From positions 106,070 to 170,069 of the forward strand of contig JBBTSO010000005.1 of assembly GCA_038064695.1 (NCBI GenBank): a DNA stretch of 64,000 nucleotides. Reading direction: 5' to 3'. The notes under the pieces were generated by a model. The model searched no databases, was not told the DNA's origin, and was given only the letters and a program-made list of their open reading frames with translations. Source of the DNA: Patescibacteria group bacterium (lineage in GTDB: Bacteria > Patescibacteriota > Minisyncoccia > Phycocordibacterales > Phycocordibacteraceae). How positions within the stretch are numbered: position 1 is the first letter of the stretch; every line of letters begins with the position of its first letter. The position numbers and the translations under genes were made by a program. Below, one piece after another: positions 57,710-64,000 of this stretch.

Positions 57710-58588
57710 TTATCGAACATTACCAATAGAATTTTTTGCGGTGTCGTGTTTTGTTTGAAGAATGTCCGAAAGAAGCACAAGGAGCGTACCTGAATTTGAT
57801 GCGCCAAAACTCCATGATGCAATTTCAATGGTCTCTTTGTGTTTTTTCTTTGCCTCTTCTGCAATGTCGTTCGGATCAACATCGGGACTTAAAAGAAATG
57901 AGTACCACGGCAACTTTACTTTTACTTCTATGTCTTGCCCATCCTCCCCTTCAACGACCACGCGCTCAGTAAACGTGTGCGGAATGAACCCAAGGAGTTT
58001 TCCCGTTGCTCTGTAAGCAACTTCAAGTCCGTTGGTGCGAAACTCAATGTCTTCAATGTTTTCATCTTCAAGCAATACCCCCTTGGCAAAATTTTCAAGA
58101 TCCTGGCCCGATTGAAGTTCAGCAAACGCTTTAACATCTAGTAAAAAAGCTTCTTTGGTCGTTGCGTCCCATCCACGCACCTCAACGGCACTCACTGAAA
58201 TTTTTTCTCCCTCTTCAACTTTCCACCCGTATTCAACATTTCCTTTTTTCTCTTCAGCATCATCACTTCCCCCTCCTAACAAAACTGCCGTGTCGGGTGT
58301 GAGTTCTTCTCCATCGTCGGCAACGTCAATTTCATCTGGCTCAACTCCAGGAGTAGGTTTTGATTCTTCAACAGGAGCGGGGCGGTACGGAGATACCTGA
58401 ATGTCAGTGGTTGTTGGTTCGGTAGTGGATTTTGTACTTTCACCCTCCACACCATCAAGTTTAAGAAAATAATCCGTAGACGCTGCCTGGGCAACCACCG
58501 TGGCAAGCGCAAAAGTGGCAATAACTAAAAACGAAACAATGCTGACAAAAAGCGTGCCACGTTCAAACGTTACTGTTTTTGTTTTCAT
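57710..58588 (-). CDS. secreted hypothetical protein, paralogue B
   Basis: See 53006-54031. Acidic, Thr/Pro/Glu-rich linker. Confidence 0.5.
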   Translation of the reverse strand: MKTKTVTFERGTLFVSIVSFLVIATFALATVVAQAASTDYFLKLDGVEGESTKSTTEPTTTDIQVSPYRPAPVEESKPTPGVEPDEIDVADDGEELTPDTAVLLGGGSDDAEEKKGNVEYGWKVEEGEKISVSAVEVRGWDATTKEAFLLDVKAFAELQSGQDLENFAKGVLLEDENIEDIEFRTNGLEVAYRATGKLLGFIPHTFTERVVVEGEDGQDIEVKVKLPWYSFLLSPDVDPNDIAEEAKKKHKETIEIASWSFGASNSGTLLVLLSDILQTKHDTAKNSIGNVR

Positions 58589-58603
58589 AGATTTAGTATA
58601 TCG

Positions 58604-58795
58604 TTAAATTGCAAAATATACTCCTAAATAATACGGCCAAAGAATGATAGCGAGTAACCCCTTCATAAAAGAGAGGTGTAAAAACCCAACCGTAAAGAGC
58701 CATCCCGCGAGCCACACTCCACCGCCCAACGCCTCATTGTGAATTTTAATTTTATCCATACGCCCATAATACAAGCTCAAAAAAGAGCTCTCCAA
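58604..58795 (-). CDS. small membrane protein, hypothetical
   Basis: GGVWLAGWLFTVGFLHLSF...ILWPYYLGVYFAI, two hydrophobic helices. Confidence 0.3.
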   Translation of the reverse strand: MESSFLSLYYGRMDKIKIHNEALGGGVWLAGWLFTVGFLHLSFMKGLLAIILWPYYLGVYFAI

Positions 58796-59002
58796 TACCT
58801 GTGTATAACGCCCTTTCCTACTGCTACAGTTTAGCTGTTAACAACTAACATATTTTTATGGGAATAGAATTTGGCGCTTTTAATAAAATAGGGGTCAGCG
58901 ACGAAACAAGCCAGTCTCTACGAGATGGTGGAGGAACAAATATCCCTGCGTCACAACGCGGAGGAGGCAAAAACTAAAACGCGCTCAAGATATGTTGGCG
59001 TG

Positions 59003-59896
59003 TTACCGTTTTTTAATTTCAAAAGTAAACGCGTAGTCGGCTGGTTTTAACACCACACCCTCACGAGGGAGCGGTGTTACTTGCACCAGGGTAACTTCCT
59101 CCGCTTCAGTGGTGAGCGACTTCAAATCTTCAAATACATACTCCGCGGTCCCCAGTCCACTCGTGATGGTGGTGTGCACTTTTACGCGCCCTGCCCACAC
59201 GCACTGCACGTCAGCGGGGCAGCGGCTGTCTTCCACGAGTTCGCTCACCTGTATGGTGACTCCAAGGATGCTCGTCTTTTCTCCCACCTTTAAGGTAACG
59301 CGCGCAAACGTGTCCGTGTTGGTGTGTTCTCCTTCAAAATTTTGAACCACTTCACCGAAGTCATTGTTATCGGAGCTATATTTTAGGTACAGACTTTTTC
59401 CCATTGAAGGTTGCGTCGTGAACGGTTCTCCTGGTTTGCGAACAGCATAATTAACTATAATGCGCCCATCGCGATACTCCGTCGTCTGAGGAGCGATTCT
59501 GTCTCCTATAAACACAGCCTGCGTCCCACGATACCCACCCGCTTCCTTAATTGCCCCTGCGAGAAAAAAGAACGTGCCACTTCCCCCCGGCTGTTGGGTG
59601 ACCAGAAAAACAATATCTTCGTCACCGTCTCCGTCAATGTCGCCACGCGCTTCGTTGCCAAAATACTGATAGGAAGTCGTTATACTCTCATCGTCCGCGG
59701 AAACTACCTCTGCTTTCCCGTTTTCTAAATGCACCCACTCACCTGAAAAGAGGTACCATCCGTTTTTGGGGTCGGTAACCACCTTTTCATCAGTTTGCTT
59801 TTCGTTATAAATAAAAGAATTAAAGGCAAAAAAGCCCGCCACAAGCGCGCCAAGCACAACCACTGCAATACCAATATTTTTTAATGACATACTCAT
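59003..59896 (-). CDS. membrane-anchored hypothetical protein with FG-GAP/VCBS-like Ca-binding motif
   Basis: N-terminal TM. RGDIDGDGDEDIVF (D-x-D-x-D-G pattern). C-terminal CPADVQC. Confidence 0.4.
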   Translation of the reverse strand: MSMSLKNIGIAVVVLGALVAGFFAFNSFIYNEKQTDEKVVTDPKNGWYLFSGEWVHLENGKAEVVSADDESITTSYQYFGNEARGDIDGDGDEDIVFLVTQQPGGSGTFFFLAGAIKEAGGYRGTQAVFIGDRIAPQTTEYRDGRIIVNYAVRKPGEPFTTQPSMGKSLYLKYSSDNNDFGEVVQNFEGEHTNTDTFARVTLKVGEKTSILGVTIQVSELVEDSRCPADVQCVWAGRVKVHTTITSGLGTAEYVFEDLKSLTTEAEEVTLVQVTPLPREGVVLKPADYAFTFEIKKR

Positions 59897-59932
59897 ATAC
59901 TACCAAACGTGTGAAGAAACACTTCCTTACTG

Positions 59933-60442
59933 TTAGTCCACTCGGATTTCAACATTCGTGGGTAATTTTTCACGAATAATAGCAAGATCCGCCTCAGCAT
60001 AGTCGTTTCCGCGCAAGTCAAGAATTTTTAGGTGTGAAAGATTTCCCAGCTCATACGGTAAACCAGTAAGGCGATTGTATGAAAGGTCCAGCACTTCAAG
60101 CTCAGATAGTTGTCCCACTTCAGCGGGGACTCCGGTAAACTGATTCCCCGAGAGATCTAAAACGATAAGGTTTTTTAAGTGACGAACTTCCGCAGGGAGT
60201 GACCCCGTAAGCGCGTTGTCTGAAAGGTCCAATTCTATGATGTTGTTTTGCGTGAAGGTATCCTGAGATACACTCGTGAGTCCACGCCCACCCAAATCCA
60301 ACACAGCACCTTTAAAAAGTTCTTCACTTTGTTCTTCTCCATCCTGGAAAAAATAAGGAGCGTTTGGTGAGAGTTGGCTATATCCAAAAAATCCTGCCAC
60401 GATAACCAATACGGAAATAATACCTAAAATGAGTGCATTCAT
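59933..60442 (-). CDS. membrane-anchored leucine-rich-repeat protein
   Basis: Tandem LxxLxxLxLxxNxL units: LKNLIVLDLSGNQFTGVP, LSELEVLDLSYNRLTGLP, LSHLKILDLRGN. Confidence 0.75.
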   Translation of the reverse strand: MNALILGIISVLVIVAGFFGYSQLSPNAPYFFQDGEEQSEELFKGAVLDLGGRGLTSVSQDTFTQNNIIELDLSDNALTGSLPAEVRHLKNLIVLDLSGNQFTGVPAEVGQLSELEVLDLSYNRLTGLPYELGNLSHLKILDLRGNDYAEADLAIIREKLPTNVEIRVD

Positions 60443-60753
60443 ATATGAGGAAAGGGAACGGTAACAAAAATGAGCATAGCGAGAGCAACAAAAACCGCGA
60501 AGTACGCAACGATCTTTAAGAAGAAGGTTACCGCTTCCTGTTTCTGCCCCTCAACGTAGAGCGTTACCGGTTTGTAGAAAAAAAGGTACGCCATCACCGA
60601 AACAGAAAGTACCAAAAGCGACAGCATGACGACAGGAGCAAACACTTCACTCTGCCCATCGTTAGTCAGGGCCAACATTCCCTGCATAACGCCGACAACT
60701 CCTACTATATAGAGCGCCGCCAAGCTCGCCTGCAACAGTGGTTGTGGATTCAT
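60439..60753 (-). CDS. 3-TM membrane protein, hypothetical
   Basis: 104 aa hydrophobic. Confidence 0.35.
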   Translation of the reverse strand: MNPQPLLQASLAALYIVGVVGVMQGMLALTNDGQSEVFAPVVMLSLLVLSVSVMAYLFFYKPVTLYVEGQKQEAVTFFLKIVAYFAVFVALAMLIFVTVPFPHI

Positions 60754-60778
60754 TTATTCACTATAACACTGCCCGTTC

Positions 60779-61012
60779 CTACCTTCCCCTCCGCAATGAA
60801 GTCATGCTCGTGAGTGCGCAAAAGAGCCCGGTTATAAGAAACACGTCAACCGCATCAAATAACGTGGTCTCTTGATCAAAAAGGGACGCAAAAGGGAGAG
60901 GTGCGCGTTCACCTTCATTCAATGCACTGACCCCGGCCTGGTGACAAGCAATTCCAAGTCCCGCATTAACGCCTGACAAAGTGAGCATCAATAATTCTCT
61001 TCCTCGTGCCAT
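60779..61012 (-). CDS. small hypothetical protein
   Basis: 77 aa. Coding potential uncertain. Confidence 0.25.
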   Translation of the reverse strand: MARGRELLMLTLSGVNAGLGIACHQAGVSALNEGERAPLPFASLFDQETTLFDAVDVFLITGLFCALTSMTSLRRGR

Positions 61013-61018
61013 ACCGTA

Positions 61019-61711
61019 TTAGCGATGTTTGCCTTTCTCTTCTTTTACTATCTTTCCATCATCAATGGTAATAATGCGTTCAGCGTTTTCGGCATACTGT
61101 CGTTCGTGAGTCACCATAATAATAGTCTGCCCCGCGGTGTGGAGTTCTTCAAAAATCTTCATCACAATTTCAGACGCCACGTTGTCCAAGTTTGCGGTCG
61201 GTTCGTCAGCAAACAGCACCTCTGGTTTGTGCACAGTAGAACGCGCGATAGACACGCGCTGCTGTTCTCCTCCTGACAACTGACTCGGAAGGTTGTTGAG
61301 GCGATGCCCTAGTCCCGTACGTTCAAGTGAAGCGGTCGCCTCAATGTAGGCGTGCTTTTTTGTTTTACCCTGCATCAAAAGAGGAAGTGCTACATTCTCA
61401 AGCGCGGTTAGTTCCGGTAGGAGCGCGTAGTCTTGAAACACATACCCAAAGTTGTTGAGACGAAACTGGACGCGCTCGGCCTCTCCCATGGTGGCCACCG
61501 ACCGTCCCCGAATAAGTATGTCGCCCGCGGTTGGCTGGTCCAACAAACTCATTTGGTACATAAAGGTACTCTTCCCCGCGCCGCTTCTTCCCATGATGGT
61601 AATAAACTCGCCTTCAATGGCTTCAAAATCAATTCCCTTGAGAACGTGCGTCTCCACATCGCCTTGAGTGAATGATTTTTTAAGTTCGTTGGTTTTAATA
61701 ATAATCGACAT
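61019..61711 (-). CDS. ABC transporter ATP-binding protein (MacB/LolD-type)
   Basis: Walker A GRSGAGKST, signature LSGGEQQRVSIAR, Walker B LFADEPT. Start set at MSIIIKT. Confidence 0.9.
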   Translation of the reverse strand: MSIIIKTNELKKSFTQGDVETHVLKGIDFEAIEGEFITIMGRSGAGKSTFMYQMSLLDQPTAGDILIRGRSVATMGEAERVQFRLNNFGYVFQDYALLPELTALENVALPLLMQGKTKKHAYIEATASLERTGLGHRLNNLPSQLSGGEQQRVSIARSTVHKPEVLFADEPTANLDNVASEIVMKIFEELHTAGQTIIMVTHERQYAENAERIITIDDGKIVKEEKGKHR

Positions 61712-61712
61712 A

Positions 61713-62963
61713 TTAGTTTCTTCCCAAAATTGAGTCCAACGTATTTTTACGAACAATCATCCACGCGGGCACAAACCCCGCGAGTACGGTGGAAACAACC
61801 AGAAGCACGATGCGCATCATGGTTTCATTAAGGGGTGCCACCAAAATGCCGTCAGAGAACGGGAAGTCTATGGGGTTCGCCAGAAATGAGGGTACCAATA
61901 TTAAATACACGATTCCCAGTCCGATGGCCGACCCGATGAGTGCATAAAACATTGACTGGAACACATATGAGTACTCAATCGCGCGGGGATGAATACCAAT
62001 CCCCTTCAAAATACCGATATATTTACGACGCGTAATAGCGTTAATGAAAATTACAATGAACACGGTGATAATTGCTACCACAAGACCAATCGACGAAAAT
62101 GCCGCGCCGAGCATTCCGAAGGTGGCAATAATATCTTTCAAAAACTGTGGCTGCGCGTCTTCATACGTCTGCACTTTGGCGAATTCACCTACGCCACTTA
62201 AAAGTATAGAATCACGCACCGTCGTTGGATCGACTCCTGGCTCAAGTTTCACCGCAATCTCGTCCACGTTCCCATCGGTGCGTCCAATGAGACTCCGAAG
62301 CTGCGCGTCGTCCATAAATGCCGCAACTGAAATATCATCCACTTTCGTTTTAATAATTCCTTTTACCGTAACCTCGCGAGTTACCTCACCCACCTTAATG
62401 CGAATTTTAGTACCTATACCGACGTTATCCAGCGACTGAAACGCGGGGCTCTGCACGGGGATATATTGGGAGAGCAAAAAGTGGCCGAGAACAATTTTGT
62501 CATAGTCTCCCGGCTCAAGAAATGAACCTTCAATGATGTATTGCGCGATACCCGTCACTGCCTGTTCGCGAATAGGATCAATGCCAACAATTTGCGCGCT
62601 CGCCGTGTTTGGTTTGTCGGTATCTTTTCGTGTTTTGTAGTTAGCTTCCAACAGTGCCGCCTCACGGTACCGTGGCGTCACTGACTCGACTCCCGGTACT
62701 TTTTCAATGAGTGAAACGATGTTCGGGCTGTTCTCAATATATTTTTTATCTTGGAGTGATGAAATAATAACGTCTGACGTGTACTGCACGCGTGTCTGGT
62801 CTACGGCGCCCTGAATCAACCCTACCAAAATGCCGTACACCACGACCAAGTTTAAAAACGTCAAAACCATCACGAAAATAATGAGCCCCGTGGTCCACAC
62901 GCTGGTGCGCTGCAATTGGCGAAGCGCGAGATAAAAGCCAATGCGTGCGGGCCGAGGTTTCAT
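61713..62963 (-). CDS. ABC transporter permease, FtsX/MacB-like
   Basis: N-terminal TM, large periplasmic domain, C-terminal three TM helices with the FtsX pattern. 416 aa. Confidence 0.8.
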   Translation of the reverse strand: MKPRPARIGFYLALRQLQRTSVWTTGLIIFVMVLTFLNLVVVYGILVGLIQGAVDQTRVQYTSDVIISSLQDKKYIENSPNIVSLIEKVPGVESVTPRYREAALLEANYKTRKDTDKPNTASAQIVGIDPIREQAVTGIAQYIIEGSFLEPGDYDKIVLGHFLLSQYIPVQSPAFQSLDNVGIGTKIRIKVGEVTREVTVKGIIKTKVDDISVAAFMDDAQLRSLIGRTDGNVDEIAVKLEPGVDPTTVRDSILLSGVGEFAKVQTYEDAQPQFLKDIIATFGMLGAAFSSIGLVVAIITVFIVIFINAITRRKYIGILKGIGIHPRAIEYSYVFQSMFYALIGSAIGLGIVYLILVPSFLANPIDFPFSDGILVAPLNETMMRIVLLVVSTVLAGFVPAWMIVRKNTLDSILGRN

Positions 62964-62964
62964 G

Positions 62965-64000
62965 CTACTCCTTTAAAATAACCACGTCACCCGCGGAGAG
63001 TCCCGACACAATTTCTACGTCACCAAAACTGGAGGTAACACCCGTCGTTACGGTTTTTTGTACCTTTGCATCTCCCTCTTTCACCAACACGGTCTGAACT
63101 CCTCCCTCTTTTTTTACGGCGCCTACGGGAATCATCAGCACATTGTCTTTCGTGAGAGCGGTAATGACAATGTTTGCCGTCATACCGGCGCGCACGCGCT
63201 CGTCATCTTCATTAAATGCAAGGAGTGCGCGGTACGTAGACACGCCGTCACGCACGGTTTCCGCGGGGTCAACCGCGACAACGGAGGCAGGAAACTCAAC
63301 ACTCGTGCCGTACGCGTCGAGGGTTACCACCGCCGGGTCGCCTACTTCAAGGAGCGCGAGGTTTATTTCAGGGACAAAGCTCTCTATTTGTAAGGTGTTC
63401 TGCGAAATGAGAGAAATAACAGGAACGCTCGGAGTGGAAATTTCACCAAGTTTTGCGTCAATGGCGGTAACCACACCAGAAAACGGTGCAATGATGTATG
63501 TTTTTCTAAGCTGTGCTTCAGCGTCCAGCACCTGCGCGCGCGCCGCGTCAACGTCAGCCTGTTGTGCCGCGAGTGTTGAAGCGGTCGCGCCGGCCCGTTT
63601 TAAAAGAAGACTTTTTTCTGCTGACTCCAATGATGCGCGCGCATTTTTAAGCGCTGTTTCAGCACTCGTGAACGCGGAAGTAGCAGTGTTGACTGAAGAC
63701 CGCGCCGAAGCAACATCAGTGCCGTACCCTTCAAGAATAGTGCTGGTTACAGATCCGTTGGTAATGCCCTGACTCACGGCAATACTCGCGGAGAGTAAAA
63801 ATGATGAAACAGCGGAGAGTCCCGACTTAGTGGTAACAACAGCGGAAGTCAAATCAGACGAAGACGTGAGCGAAGTCGCCAGAGTCTCCAGCGATATCAA
63901 AACTGCCTCTACAGAGCGACGGCCACTCTCCGCGGTGATACGCACCTGAGCGTTGGATACGGAAAAAGTAAGTTGTGGGTCAGTCCGTGGGTTTGAAATA
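62965..64000 (-). CDS. periplasmic adaptor (HlyD/MacA-type membrane fusion protein), partial - continues beyond window end
   Basis: Coiled-coil Ala/Ser/Thr-rich region followed by beta-barrel/lipoyl-like C-terminus (GVVTAIDAKLGE, GMTANIVI). The frame stays open upstream to position 64000 (checked by hand). The track start is a GTG. Confidence 0.75.
   Translation of the reverse strand, partial: ISNPRTDPQLTFSVSNAQVRITAESGRRSVEAVLISLETLATSLTSSSDLTSAVVTTKSGLSAVSSFLLSASIAVSQGITNGSVTSTILEGYGTDVASARSSVNTATSAFTSAETALKNARASLESAEKSLLLKRAGATASTLAAQQADVDAARAQVLDAEAQLRKTYIIAPFSGVVTAIDAKLGEISTPSVPVISLISQNTLQIESFVPEINLALLEVGDPAVVTLDAYGTSVEFPASVVAVDPAETVRDGVSTYRALLAFNEDDERVRAGMTANIVITALTKDNVLMIPVGAVKKEGGVQTVLVKEGDAKVQKTVTTGVTSSFGDVEIVSGLSAGDVVILKE

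Noticed and set aside
60439-61012. Possible frameshifted single gene spanning ORFs 60439-60753 and 60779-61012
   Set aside because: The two ORFs are in different frames and separated by 25 nt containing stops. No homology argues for fusion, so they are kept separate with low confidence.

Overview
This 64 kb window looks like a compact, gene-dense bacterial chromosome segment. Coding density is high, almost every gene is on the minus strand, and many housekeeping proteins are minimal-length (delta 116 aa, epsilon 76 aa, LeuS 796 aa, UvrC without its C-terminal HhH domain). There are also many small membrane or secreted hypothetical proteins. By inference only, this fits a reduced genome such as Candidate Phyla Radiation/Patescibacteria.

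Recognisable content:
- ung, then MGMT-domain protein, orphan Cas4/RecB-like nuclease and ATP-cone::Mrr-like endonuclease fusion (2.0-4.0 kb).
- mnmA, mltG, a sigma70-r4/HARE-HTH protein, leuS, ychF.
- A complete F-type ATP synthase operon, atpBEFHAGDC (15.5-21.4 kb).
- mscL, a Nudix hydrolase, a GNAT-like protein, kbl-tdh, nadK, tRNA-Ala(UGC).
- A cell-wall precursor cluster: alpha/beta hydrolase, membrane-anchored MurF-like ligase, and two tandem D-Ala-D-Ala-ligase-family genes.
- A 629-aa Thr/Cys-rich surface protein, uvrC, uvrA, uvrB, tgt, an FKBP, cysS, nrdAB, a class I aldolase.
- A two-component pair, paralogous secreted proteins, an LRR protein and a MacAB-like ABC efflux module.

The most interesting things are structural and were read directly from the DNA.
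1. A family of short palindrome-rich repeats (core CCGAGCGA / CTTGGGC-AGCGCCC-GGAGCG) is present once in an intergenic region. Copies are also inserted in frame inside the essential genes uvrB and mnmA, in the manner of Rickettsia palindromic elements.
2. Three genes carry a displaced duplicate of their own 3-prime end a short distance downstream: tRNA-Ala at 173 nt, uvrB at about 395 nt, and ddl at about 3.3 kb. This is the classic footprint of elements that integrate into gene 3-prime ends. The ddl case brackets the hydrolase / MurF-like / second-ddl cassette. No integrase is visible.
3. A second repeat family forms 13-bp-stem hairpins with a conserved 30-nt loop downstream of nrdB and the FKBP gene.

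No rRNA and no CRISPR array were found.
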